NCBI GenBank assembly: GCA_043827405.1
Contig: JBDRPD010000062.1
Location: forward strand, 32,001-96,000
Direction of reading: 5' to 3'
DNA: 64,000 nt
Source: Elusimicrobiota bacterium
Lineage (GTDB): Bacteria > Elusimicrobiota > Elusimicrobia > UBA1565
Every line of letters starts with the position of its first letter. Positions within the stretch are counted from its first letter, which is position 1. The notes below the pieces were generated by a model that saw nothing but the letters and a program-made list of their open reading frames with translations, did no database searches and was not told the DNA's origin. Positions 9,271 to 18,274 of this stretch are shown here, one piece after another. Position numbers and translations under genes: made by a program.

Positions 9271-10470
9271 ATGACCACAAAAACCGATCCCCGCATGAAG
9301 TTCGTCGACGACGACGTCGCGGCCCTGAAGGAGGAAGGCCGCCATATCACGCTCAGGATCCTGCAGGGAGCGCAGGAAGCCGTATCGACCATCGACGGCA
9401 AGAAGGTCATCAACCTGACCTCGAACAATTATTTAGCGCTGGCGACCCATCCCAAGCTCAAGGCAGCGGCCAAAGAGGCCATCGACCGCTACGGCGTGGG
9501 CACCGCGGCGGTGCGCAGCATCATCGGGACCATGGACATTCACCAGGAGCTCGAGGATCGCCTGGCGCGCTTCAAGGGCACCGAGTCTTGCGTCGTATTC
9601 CAGTCCGGCTTCGCCACCAATGTGGCGGTATGCCAGAGCCTGATGACCGACAAGGCCGACCTGCTGATCTCCGATAAGCTCAACCACGCCTCGATCATCG
9701 ACGGGGGGCGGCTGTCCCGGGCGCAGCGCAAAATCTACGAGCACAAGGACATGGACTCGCTCAAGGCCATTCTCGAATCACCGGAAGCGCGCGCGGCACG
9801 GCGCAAGCTGATCGTCACCGACGGAGTGTTTTCGATGGACGGCGACGTCGCCCCGCTGCCCGCGATCATGGATTTGGCCGATCAGTACGGCGCCTTCGTC
9901 ATGGTCGACGACGCACATGCCAGCGGCGTCATGGGCAAAAACGGCCGCGGCACGCCGTCACATTTCGGCCTGACCGACCGGGTGCAGATCCAGATCGGGA
10001 CTCTCTCCAAGGCGATCGCCTCGATCGGCGGCTACGCCGCCTGCTCGGCGTCCATGCGCGAGTACCTGATCTCGACCGCGCGGCCCTTTCTGTTTTCGAG
10101 CTCACATCCGCCGTCGGTGACCGCCACCTGCATCGCCGCGGTCGAGGTGCTGGAAAACGAGCCCGAGCTCATCGACCGGCTGTGGTCGAACACCCGGCTG
10201 TTCAAGGACGGCCTGGTGAAGGCGGGCTTCGATACCGGCGCCAGCGAGACGCCGATCACGCCGGTCATGGTCGGCGACACCTTCAAGGCCAAGCAGTTCA
10301 GCGAACGGCTGTTCGCGGAGGGGGTGTTCGCCCTGTCTATCGGCTTCCCGACCGTACCCAAAGGCAAGGAGCGGCTGCGCACCATAGTGACCGCCGGCCA
10401 TACCGAGCGGGAGCTGGAGACCGCGGTCGCGACCTTCGCCAAGGTGGGCAAGGAGCTGGGAATTATCTAG
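9271..10470 (+). CDS. kbl: glycine C-acetyltransferase / 8-amino-7-oxononanoate synthase family (class II PLP enzyme)
   Basis: SNNYL, LNHASIIDG, TDGVFSMDGD, VDDAH, GTLSKA (PLP Lys). Confidence 0.85.
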   Translation: MTTKTDPRMKFVDDDVAALKEEGRHITLRILQGAQEAVSTIDGKKVINLTSNNYLALATHPKLKAAAKEAIDRYGVGTAAVRSIIGTMDIHQELEDRLARFKGTESCVVFQSGFATNVAVCQSLMTDKADLLISDKLNHASIIDGGRLSRAQRKIYEHKDMDSLKAILESPEARAARRKLIVTDGVFSMDGDVAPLPAIMDLADQYGAFVMVDDAHASGVMGKNGRGTPSHFGLTDRVQIQIGTLSKAIASIGGYAACSASMREYLISTARPFLFSSSHPPSVTATCIAAVEVLENEPELIDRLWSNTRLFKDGLVKAGFDTGASETPITPVMVGDTFKAKQFSERLFAEGVFALSIGFPTVPKGKERLRTIVTAGHTERELETAVATFAKVGKELGII

Positions 10471-13099
10471 CGACGGGGCGCAAAGCCTTCCGGTCGACTA
10501 CGATGATCTCCGGGGACCCGTCGCGTACCAGCCACGCTTTGCCGTCCCTCCAGGTGAAGCCGGACAGCGGCTGCGGACCGCCGCTGAGCTCCGGAATCTC
10601 ATAGGCGTCCAGCACAGATAAGGATCTGTCGAGCTGATGCCGGTACAGGCGCCGGCTTTCCGCGTCCGCCGACCAGAAGAAGTCTTTATCTACGTAGATG
10701 GCGGCGGGCGCGCCGTTCGGGGCGGCGTAGCTCTCGATGACCGACAGCTCGCTGTCGGGCAGATGCTGGTAGATGCGGCGCTTTACCGTATCGGCCGACC
10801 ATAGATACCGTTCATCCCAGAACAGCGCCGAGGGGCTGGGTCCGGGGCTGGCGACGCGGCGGACCAGCGGCAGCTCTTTGCTCAGGAGCCGTATTTCGAT
10901 CATTCCTTTCGCGCCGTCGCAGATGTATAAGTGCTCCTTGGACGCGGCGAGGCCGGTCAGCCGCTCCGCCGGGATCGGGGACTCGCGATGCGGTATCAGC
11001 TTGCCGTCCTTGAGTTCAAGCTCGTATACCATTTGCCGCATCCAGTCCGCGGTCCACAGCCGGCCGTCGCGCCACATAAGAGCCGTGGCGTTGGCCAGCG
11101 GCAGTGTGAGCCGCCGTACCGCCGGCGCCGCCGGCGGGGGGGGAGGTGACGGCGCTTTTGCGGGGATACGCACCGCCAGCGTCCATAGCCCGAAGGCGAG
11201 CAGGGCCGTCCCCGCGACAAGGCCGAAAATTTGCACGCCGGATAGGCGCCGGCCGCCGGCGAGCACCTGCCCAATGTGGTCCGCAATGGAGTGTACCTTG
11301 GAGCGGACTTCGCCCAGTTCCTGCGCTTGGCGTCCGCTCGTTTCACTCAACTCGCCAATGCGTTTGCGCAGATCGTTGAGTTCGCGGCCGCGCGCACCGC
11401 CGGCCTGCATGAGCTTGTCCAGTTCGCGGGCCAGCTGCTCGCCGCCGGCATCTATCTGTCCTTTGAGTTCCGCCAAGATGCGCACATGCTCCTGGTCCGC
11501 GGCCTGCGCCTGTGCGAGCTTCCCCAGAATATCCGAGCGCACGTCCTCGAGCCGTACGGCCTGCCCCTGGTCCCGTTCGGCCGCCTCCTGGAGCCCGCCC
11601 AGCACGGACTCCACGCGCACGCGCAGCGCCTCGAGAGAGCGGGCGTTGGCGCCGCCCTGCGCGCGTTCCTCTTCCATCTCGCGGGCCAGCGCGTCGAGCT
11701 TGCCGGCGAGCGCCGCGTTCCCGGCTTCCTGTACCTGCGCCGCAGTTGCGATCTCGCCAGCGAGTTTCGCGTGCAGGGCCTGCCGGCCCTTATCCGCTTC
11801 CCGCGCCGCGGCTTCGATCCTGCCGGCGAGCGCCGCGTTCCCGGTTGCTTGTTTCTGCGCCGCGGCTTCGATCTCGCCGGCAAGCGCCGCGTTCCCGGCT
11901 TCCTGTACCTGCGCCGCAGTTGCGATCTCGCCAGCGAGTTTCGCGTGCAGGGCCTGCCGGCCCTTATCCGCTTCCCGCGCCGCGGCTTTGATCTCGCCGG
12001 CGAGCGCCGCGTTCCCGGCTTCTTGTTTCTGCGCCGCGGCTTCAATCTTGCCGGCGAGCGCCGCGTTCCCGGCTTCCTGGTGTCGTTCGACCTGATCCAG
12101 GCGTCGCGCGTTTTCCGCGCGCGCGGCCTCCGCCTGCTGCGCGGTGGAATCGATTTTTTTGTACAGCGCGGTGTCGCGCTCCGTCTGGAGCCGCTGTGCC
12201 GCGGCGGCGCGCCGTTCATCCTCTCCGCGGGCCGCCGCCGTCTCCTGGGCCAGGAAGTCGACCTTATCGGCGAGTACCTTGTTCCTGAGTTCCTGCCGGC
12301 GGTCGGCCTGCGCCAGGCGTTGGGCGCCTTCCGTATGCGTTCTCTCTATTTCATCCGTCAGCGAGCCGATCTTTTTTGCGATGATGGCGTTGCGGGCTTC
12401 CTGGTGCTGGTCGATCTTATTCCAGCGCCGCTCGCTTTTATCGTCGGCAATCTCCAGCTTTTGGCCGAGCGTATCTATTTTTCGCGACATTTCGGCGGCG
12501 CGGTTGCGCTGCTGTCCGTCGGTCTCGACGGAACGCTCGCGCAGGGCGCTCAGGCCTTCTTTCAATTCCTGCAGCTCGGCGGAAAATTCCTTGTGCGCCG
12601 CCAGGACGCTGCTTACGTCGCCGCGAAAGGCGCCGACCTGTCCGTTCAAGGCGTCGAGCTGTTTAGTATGCTCGGCCCCCGTGGCCAGGCTTTCCTGAAT
12701 TTCCCGGCGCAGCGCCTCGGTGCTGCGCAGCTGGCTGCTGAGGCCCTCGACTTTCTCGCGCAGGCCGCCGATGTGGCCGCCTTTCTCGGCCAGCTCCTCC
12801 CGTAAAGCGGCGATATCCTTTATCCGGCGCCCGAGCTGCGCCGCCATCACGGCCCGCGTTTTTTCCAGCGAGTCGACGCGCTCGCGCACGCCGCTGACCG
12901 CGGCGCGTATCCTGGCATGTTCGACGAGGGCTTCGACGAGGCCCTCGATCTCGCGGGCCGGCCGCCAATCCTCTTTCTGCTTGCCGTAGCGATCCTCGGG
13001 ACAGACGAGCGCGGCGTCCGAAAAGCCGGGAAGACTGAGCAGGTCCTTCCACTCATACGGGCCGACGATGTTCCGGCTGTGATATAGCCAATACTTCAT
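10463..13099 (-). CDS. membrane-anchored protein: N-terminal GYF-like domain, long coiled coil with internal repeats, one TM helix, C-terminal beta-propeller
   Basis: MKYWLYHSRNIVGPY...W GYF_2-like start; heptad-rich middle; TM IFGLVAGTALLAFGLWTLAV; five blade-like repeats such as ALMWRDGRLWTAD and ALFWDERYLWSAD. Confidence 0.8.
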   Translation of the reverse strand: MKYWLYHSRNIVGPYEWKDLLSLPGFSDAALVCPEDRYGKQKEDWRPAREIEGLVEALVEHARIRAAVSGVRERVDSLEKTRAVMAAQLGRRIKDIAALREELAEKGGHIGGLREKVEGLSSQLRSTEALRREIQESLATGAEHTKQLDALNGQVGAFRGDVSSVLAAHKEFSAELQELKEGLSALRERSVETDGQQRNRAAEMSRKIDTLGQKLEIADDKSERRWNKIDQHQEARNAIIAKKIGSLTDEIERTHTEGAQRLAQADRRQELRNKVLADKVDFLAQETAAARGEDERRAAAAQRLQTERDTALYKKIDSTAQQAEAARAENARRLDQVERHQEAGNAALAGKIEAAAQKQEAGNAALAGEIKAAAREADKGRQALHAKLAGEIATAAQVQEAGNAALAGEIEAAAQKQATGNAALAGRIEAAAREADKGRQALHAKLAGEIATAAQVQEAGNAALAGKLDALAREMEEERAQGGANARSLEALRVRVESVLGGLQEAAERDQGQAVRLEDVRSDILGKLAQAQAADQEHVRILAELKGQIDAGGEQLARELDKLMQAGGARGRELNDLRKRIGELSETSGRQAQELGEVRSKVHSIADHIGQVLAGGRRLSGVQIFGLVAGTALLAFGLWTLAVRIPAKAPSPPPPPAAPAVRRLTLPLANATALMWRDGRLWTADWMRQMVYELELKDGKLIPHRESPIPAERLTGLAASKEHLYICDGAKGMIEIRLLSKELPLVRRVASPGPSPSALFWDERYLWSADTVKRRIYQHLPDSELSVIESYAAPNGAPAAIYVDKDFFWSADAESRRLYRHQLDRSLSVLDAYEIPELSGGPQPLSGFTWRDGKAWLVRDGSPEIIVVDRKALRPVAR
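11702..12078 (-). repeat. intragenic tandem duplication with a 174-bp (58-aa) period, built from QEAGNAALAG units
   Basis: Near-identical nucleotide blocks begin at 11702 and 11876; five copies of Q(E/A)(A/T)GNAALAG. Confidence 0.9.
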
Positions 13100-13171
13100 A
13101 GCGCTGGCATAGTATGGCGGATGCCGCAAAAGAGTCAATAATATAAATGTTAACTGGGGATTAGGGGGGGG

Positions 13172-13247
13172 AGTCAGCGCTAACGCGCTGACAGCACTGC
13201 TTCTGTAATGTGAGGATCTGTACAGTCAGCGCTAACGCGCTGACAGC
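13172..13247. repeat. 24-bp perfect direct repeat (2 copies) with internal hairpin and 28-bp spacer
   Basis: agtcagcgctaacgcgctgacagc at 13172-13195 and 13224-13247; stem gtcagcgc/gcgctgac; copy 2 contains the stop codon of the serine hydrolase gene. Confidence 0.9.
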
Positions 13248-14461
13248 CCGTGACGGGCGTCCATCTCGCGGTAGACGATGTTTGAGACTTCGCGGATCAG
13301 GTCGCCGCGGGAGCTGATCCAGCGGGTATAGTTGCTCGCCGGCTTGTCCTTCTCGATGACCCCGACCAAGGTATAGGCGTACTTTTTCCCGTCGGCGCCT
13401 TTAACTTCCAGAATCCCCATATTGCCGCACAGCTGACGGGTGCTTCCGGTCTTGTCGTAGACCTTGGTGCCTTTCGGGATGTCACGCGCGCCGGTGAAGA
13501 TGCGGTCGCGGTTGGGCAGGGCCATGATGCGCTTGATCTCATCGGCGCCGGGAACGTTGTCGTGCCACAGCGCGTAGAGAAACCGGCTGTAGTCATGCAC
13601 CGAGGATTTGTTGCGGTAGGTGCGGCCGCCCCACGGGATATACTCGACGATCTCCGTATCCTGCAAAAGATGGCTGAAGCTGCGCTTAAGCAGCTCATCG
13701 ACGGCCTGCGGGCCGCCGAGACGGCGCAGGATCCAGTTGGTCGCGCGGTTGTCGCTGCGGCGGATCATGGCGGTGAGCTGGCGGCGGCTCTTCGGTCCAT
13801 AGTGCAGCTTGCCTTCGCGGACCTGGTGAAAAAACGCCATGGCGAAAAACGGTTTCACCAGGCTCGCGGCCTGCATGGGCTTGTCTTCGTTGATGTCGAC
13901 CAGCTTGTCCTTGCTCGTCAGGTCGTAGACGGACCAGGACGTGCTCTCGTCCGGACGCAGGGTCCCGCGCCGGCGCTGGGTCTGGATATAGGCGTCGATG
14001 CGCTTTTCGAGATCGGGCAGGCTGGCGAGCGCTCCCTTGGAAGGTTTATGGTGTGCGGGCAGCGCCGGGACCGGCCTCTTCGCCGGACGCCGCGCCTCTG
14101 CGGGCTCCGGGACGTTCGACCGCTGGGCCGAGGCGATGGGCCATCCTTCGCTGGCGACCATGGCGCATTTCTCCAGGCCGGATGAGGTCAGGAGCTCGTT
14201 GTGATAGTCGGCGATTTCCCGGGTCGAGAGGGCGTCGCGGTCGCGGTCGTAGATCAATCCGTAGAGGCTGCGGCCGCGGACAATGAGGAGCTTCTTGGTC
14301 ATGTGGGGGCCGAGGACGCTCAGGACGGACTGGCGGTACTTCAGCACCTGGCTGAAATCAGAATGCCAGAGGTAGGATACGTCATAGCTCTTTGCGGCGG
14401 ACGCGCGCGCGGGCGGGCAAGCGAGCGCGGTGATGAGACAAATGAAAAAACAGATTCTGAT
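13232..14461 (-). CDS. secreted class A beta-lactamase-like serine hydrolase (penicillin-binding family); start proposed at ATC 14461 (ORF track starts at 14347)
   Basis: AASLVK (SxxK), SDN and DKTG motifs; the open frame extends upstream through a signal peptide RICFFICLITALACPPARA. Confidence 0.8.
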   Translation of the reverse strand: MRICFFICLITALACPPARASAAKSYDVSYLWHSDFSQVLKYRQSVLSVLGPHMTKKLLIVRGRSLYGLIYDRDRDALSTREIADYHNELLTSSGLEKCAMVASEGWPIASAQRSNVPEPAEARRPAKRPVPALPAHHKPSKGALASLPDLEKRIDAYIQTQRRRGTLRPDESTSWSVYDLTSKDKLVDINEDKPMQAASLVKPFFAMAFFHQVREGKLHYGPKSRRQLTAMIRRSDNRATNWILRRLGGPQAVDELLKRSFSHLLQDTEIVEYIPWGGRTYRNKSSVHDYSRFLYALWHDNVPGADEIKRIMALPNRDRIFTGARDIPKGTKVYDKTGSTRQLCGNMGILEVKGADGKKYAYTLVGVIEKDKPASNYTRWISSRGDLIREVSNIVYREMDARHGLSAR

Positions 14462-14494
14462 GGCGGTGCTCCCGGTTTGCGAATATGTCCATAG

Positions 14495-14605
14495 ATGTAA
14501 CTGGAATTCGTTACATTTTCAAGTCCGCGCGGAAAAGCAGAGCTGGAATTCGCTTGCGCGAAGCGTAGACCGAGCCCGGCGCTGAGCGAAAACGAATTCC
14601 AGCTC
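14495..14605. promoter_or_regulatory. nested inverted repeats between purH-like gene and serine hydrolase gene
   Basis: 13-bp perfect IR gagctggaattcg (14540-14552) / cgaattccagctc (14593-14605); palindrome atgtaac-N8-gttacat (14495-14516). Confidence 0.6.
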
Positions 14606-14613
14606 GGCTTAGC

Positions 14614-16170
14614 CTAGTGCCGGTGATGGCGGATGCCGGTGAAGACCATGGCCATGTTCAGCTCGTCGGCGAGCTGCACCGCTTCGCGGTCCGCGCTGGT
14701 CCCGCCCGGCTGGATGCAGGCCGTCGCGCCCGCGTCCGCCGCTTCCTGCAGATGGTCGGGTCCCAGCCCGCTGTCGCTGGCGAACACCAGAATGTCATTG
14801 GGGGATATGACGGGATGCCGCTCCTGGCTCTTGACGATCGCCAGGCGCACGGCGTCCAGGCGCGTGGCCTGGCCGGCGGCGATGCCGACGGTCGACAGGC
14901 TCCTCGCGAAGACCGCCGCATGGGTCGCGGTGTGCTTGCATACCTTCCAGGCCAGGCGCAGCCCCGGCGTTTCGAGCTCGCTGGGCGCGCGGCGCGTGAC
15001 CGTCTTGAGCATCTCGGGAACCTTGGGGTTGTCGCGGTCCTGCAGCAGAACGCCGCCGGATATCGTTTTGATATCGATCTCGTTGGGCGACAGCAGCAGG
15101 GACGGCAGGCGGACGAGCCGCACGTTCTTTTTGGCGCGCAGGATGTCGAGGGCTTCGCCCGAGAAATCGGGGGCGACGATGCACTCGAGATATTCCGCGG
15201 CCAGGGCGGAGGCCGCCTCGCCGTTCACTTCGCGGTTGAAGGCCGCGACGCCGCCCGTGCAGCCGCGGGGATCGGCGCGGTAGGCGAGCTGCGCCGCCAG
15301 CCCCAGGTGCTCCGCCGCCGCCGCCCCGGCCGGATTGCCGTGGATGACGATGGCGCAGGCGGGCTCGGCGAACTCGGCGGCCAGCTCGACCGCGCGGTCC
15401 ATGCCGATATAGTGGTTGTAGGAGAGCGGCTTGCCGAAGAACAGCTCCGCGGCGTTAAGCCCCCAGGGCCGCGAGCCGCTGCGGTCGTAGAGCGCCGCGC
15501 GCTGATGCGGGTTCTCGCCGGCGCGGAGCTCGGAGGACTTTTTCAGCGCGAGCACCATCTCGTCCGGCATTTCCTTGAGGGCCGAGCTCAGGTACTGCGC
15601 GATCGTGGAGTCGTAGTAGGAGACGTAGTAGAAGGCCTTGGCCGCCAGCGACTGGCTGCGCTCGATCGGCAGGCGGCGTCTTTTTTTGAGCGTGTCGAGC
15701 ACCGGCATATAGTCGTTGGGATCGCATAAGGTGATGACGCTGGGATAGTTGCGCGCCGCCGCCCGCAGCAGCGCCGAGCCCGAGACGTCGAGGAAGTCCA
15801 GGATATCCCGTTTGGACGAGTCGCCCAATTGCGGGATATTGGCCAGCGGATAGAGGTTGACGGCGGCGAGATCGATCACCGGGATCTTTTCCCGGTCGAG
15901 GTCGCGCATCTGATCGCCGTCGCGGCGCTCGGCGATCAGGCCGGCGAACAGCCGGGGGTGGATCAGGCGGACCCGTCCCCCGCAGATATCCGGCTGTCCG
16001 GTCAGCTCGGTCACGTCCTCGTGCTGGATGCCCGCTTCCTTCAGGGTCGCGGAAGTGCCGCCGGAGCTGAGGATGCGGTAGCCCAGCTCCTGAAGCCCCT
16101 GCGCGAGCTCGACGATGCCGCTGTGGTCCGCGACGCTGAGCAAGGCGGCTTTGGGGAATTCCGCGGCCAT
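14614..16170 (-). CDS. purH: PurH-like bifunctional AICAR transformylase/IMP cyclohydrolase homolog with highly degenerate active-site motifs
   Basis: PurH architecture (ALLSV, VNLYP, GENPHQ, IQPGG, MVFTGIRH) but KH->IH, RVKTLHP->RVRLIHP, IDIGG->LDVSG, ASDAFFP->ASDSGLG. Confidence 0.8.
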   Translation of the reverse strand: MAAEFPKAALLSVADHSGIVELAQGLQELGYRILSSGGTSATLKEAGIQHEDVTELTGQPDICGGRVRLIHPRLFAGLIAERRDGDQMRDLDREKIPVIDLAAVNLYPLANIPQLGDSSKRDILDFLDVSGSALLRAAARNYPSVITLCDPNDYMPVLDTLKKRRRLPIERSQSLAAKAFYYVSYYDSTIAQYLSSALKEMPDEMVLALKKSSELRAGENPHQRAALYDRSGSRPWGLNAAELFFGKPLSYNHYIGMDRAVELAAEFAEPACAIVIHGNPAGAAAAEHLGLAAQLAYRADPRGCTGGVAAFNREVNGEAASALAAEYLECIVAPDFSGEALDILRAKKNVRLVRLPSLLLSPNEIDIKTISGGVLLQDRDNPKVPEMLKTVTRRAPSELETPGLRLAWKVCKHTATHAAVFARSLSTVGIAAGQATRLDAVRLAIVKSQERHPVISPNDILVFASDSGLGPDHLQEAADAGATACIQPGGTSADREAVQLADELNMAMVFTGIRHHRH

Positions 16171-16171
16171 A

Positions 16172-18160
16172 TCAGCCGAGCAGCTCCAGGAAGGCTTTGA
16201 GATCGAGGATCGGGACCTCGAGCTTCTCCGCTTTTTTCGCCTTCGATCCCGGCTTGGCCCCGACCACGACGTAGGAGGTTTTCTTGGAGACGGAGGACGA
16301 GGCTTTGCCGCCGAGCAGCCGCACCTTCTCCTCGGCCTCGCCGCGCGTCATCCCCGCGAGCTCGCCGGTGAACACGAAGGTCTTGCCGGCGAGGGGGGAG
16401 CCCGCCGGAGCCGCCGTCTTCGGCTCGACCATGTTTACTTTCGCGCGTTTGAGCTCGCCGATGAGCGCGCGCACGGGCGGCCGGGCGAAGAACTGCGCGA
16501 CCGCGGCGGCGACGATGGGCCCGATCTCCGGGATGCGGGTCAGGGCTTCCTCGTCGCTGTGCATCAAGGCGTCGATGCCGCTGAAGCGCGCCGCCAGGTC
16601 GCGGGCGGTGGTCTCGCCCACCTGCGGGATGCCGAGGGCGAAAAGCAGCTTCGAGAGCGGGCGGCTCTTCGCCGCGGCGATGGCGGCGAGGAGGTTGTGC
16701 GCCTTCTTGTCCTTGAACAGCTCAAGCCGGAGCAGGCGTTCCTTGGTCAGGCCGAAGATGCCGGAGATGTCCTTGACGTCGCCGGCGTCGACCAGCTGCT
16801 CGACGACCGCGTCGCCGAAGCCCTCGATATCCATGCCGTCGCGCGAAGCGAAGTGCAGCAGCTTGCGCTTGAGCTGCGCGGGGCAGGAGGGATTGCCGCA
16901 GCGATAGGCGACGAACCCCTCCGCCTGTTCGACCGCGCCGCCGCAGGCCGGACATCCTTTCGGCGGGCGCACGGGCTTGCCGCCGGCATGCCGGACCACC
17001 TTGATGACTTTGGGGATAACCTCGCCCGCCCGCTCGATCATTACGGTATCGCCGACCCGCACATCAAGACGCTCGATCTCCTCGAAGTTGTGCAGCGAGG
17101 CGCTGGAAATCGTGACGCCGGAGAGAAATACTGGCGCGAGCTCGGCGACGGGGGTGATGGTGCCGGTGCGGCCGACCGAGAAGGTCACGCCGCGGAGCGT
17201 CGTCGTGGCCTGGCGGCCGGGGTACTTGAAAGCCATGGCCCAGCGCGGGCTCTTGGTGGTGGCGCCGAGAATCTTTTGCTCCCGCTGGAGGTCGACTTTG
17301 GCGACCAGGCCGTCGATCTCGTAGGGGAGCTCGAGCTGCCTGCCGCGGTACTCTTCGTAGACCGCGATGACGGCGCCGACGTCTTCGACGCGGCGGCTGC
17401 CGCCGGGCACGGCGAAGCCGAGGGCGCGGCAGGCGGCGAGAAAATCCGAGTGCGACTCGATCTTGGGGCCGCCTTCGATGCGGCCGAAGGAGTGGGCGAA
17501 GAACTTGAGACGGCGGGAGGCGGTCACGCGCGGGTCCTTTTGCCGCAGCGATCCCGAGGCGCAGTTGCGGGGGTTGACGAAGGGGTCTTTGTCCGCTTCT
17601 TTCAGCTCGTCGTTGATGGCGGCGAAGTCGTCTTTGTCGATATAGACCTCGCCGCGCACCTCCAGAAGCCGCGGCGTCTCCGGGCCTTCCAGCGCCAGGG
17701 GGATGGCGCGGATGGTGCGGATATTGGGGGTGACGTCCTCGCCGCTCCTGCCGTCGCCGCGGGTGGCGCCCAGGCTCAGCTTGCCGCCGCGGTAGGTCAG
17801 GGCGAGGGAGACGCCGTCGATCTTGGGCTCGACGACGTAGCCTTGGGGATCGCGGCCGAGGACCTTCTTCACCCGCTCGTCCCAGGCCCGGATGTCCGCG
17901 GCGTCGTAGGAGTTGTCGAGCGACAGCATGGGCACCGCATGGTCCACCGGCTTGAAGTCGGCGCCGACGCCGCCGCCGACGCGCACGGTGGGGGAGTCGT
18001 CGGTCTTCAGCTCGGGATGCGCGTCTTCCAGCACCTGCAGGCGCTGGAGGAGCCGGTCGTATTCCTCGTCGGAGACGGCGGGATCGTCGTCGATGTAGTA
18101 GCGGCGGTTGTGGGCGCGGATCGCGGCGCGCAGCTGGAGGATTTCCTTCCCGGCGTCCAT
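16172..18160 (-). CDS. ligA: NAD-dependent DNA ligase
   Basis: EPKIDG adenylation motif, EVRGEV, C4 zinc finger, HhH repeats, C-terminal BRCT. Confidence 0.98.
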   Translation of the reverse strand: MDAGKEILQLRAAIRAHNRRYYIDDDPAVSDEEYDRLLQRLQVLEDAHPELKTDDSPTVRVGGGVGADFKPVDHAVPMLSLDNSYDAADIRAWDERVKKVLGRDPQGYVVEPKIDGVSLALTYRGGKLSLGATRGDGRSGEDVTPNIRTIRAIPLALEGPETPRLLEVRGEVYIDKDDFAAINDELKEADKDPFVNPRNCASGSLRQKDPRVTASRRLKFFAHSFGRIEGGPKIESHSDFLAACRALGFAVPGGSRRVEDVGAVIAVYEEYRGRQLELPYEIDGLVAKVDLQREQKILGATTKSPRWAMAFKYPGRQATTTLRGVTFSVGRTGTITPVAELAPVFLSGVTISSASLHNFEEIERLDVRVGDTVMIERAGEVIPKVIKVVRHAGGKPVRPPKGCPACGGAVEQAEGFVAYRCGNPSCPAQLKRKLLHFASRDGMDIEGFGDAVVEQLVDAGDVKDISGIFGLTKERLLRLELFKDKKAHNLLAAIAAAKSRPLSKLLFALGIPQVGETTARDLAARFSGIDALMHSDEEALTRIPEIGPIVAAAVAQFFARPPVRALIGELKRAKVNMVEPKTAAPAGSPLAGKTFVFTGELAGMTRGEAEEKVRLLGGKASSSVSKKTSYVVVGAKPGSKAKKAEKLEVPILDLKAFLELLG

Positions 18161-18232
18161 GGGGACATTAAATCATTTCGCGGAACTTTTTCGGGCTTGG
18201 GTCGTAATGAGGGGCGGGGGCGAGAATGGGTC

Positions 18233-18261
18233 TTGTTATACAGTGTTATACGATCTATAAT
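18233..18261 (+). promoter_or_regulatory. sigma70-type promoter overlapped by a tgttatac direct repeat (putative TA operator)
   Basis: TTGTTA (18233-18238), 17-nt spacer, TATAAT (18256-18261); AGGAG SD at 18264. Confidence 0.65.
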
Positions 18262-18274
18262 ATAGGAGTTTCGG

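Noticed and set aside
13172..13247. CRISPR array
   Set aside because: Only two repeats, one is coding sequence of the adjacent gene, and no cas genes are in the window; kept as a repeat.
13232..14461. Bona fide antibiotic-resistance beta-lactamase
   Set aside because: SxxK, SDN and KTG are present but I cannot identify the class A omega-loop ExxLN motif, and there is an extra N-terminal domain; a cell-wall serine hydrolase is as likely.
16115..18265. Long antisense ORFs (716 aa opposite ligA; likewise 3192-4940, 29177-30505, 39967-41514, 55746-57176)
   Set aside because: Shadow ORFs expected from high-GC codon bias opposite well-supported genes; no recognisable motifs.
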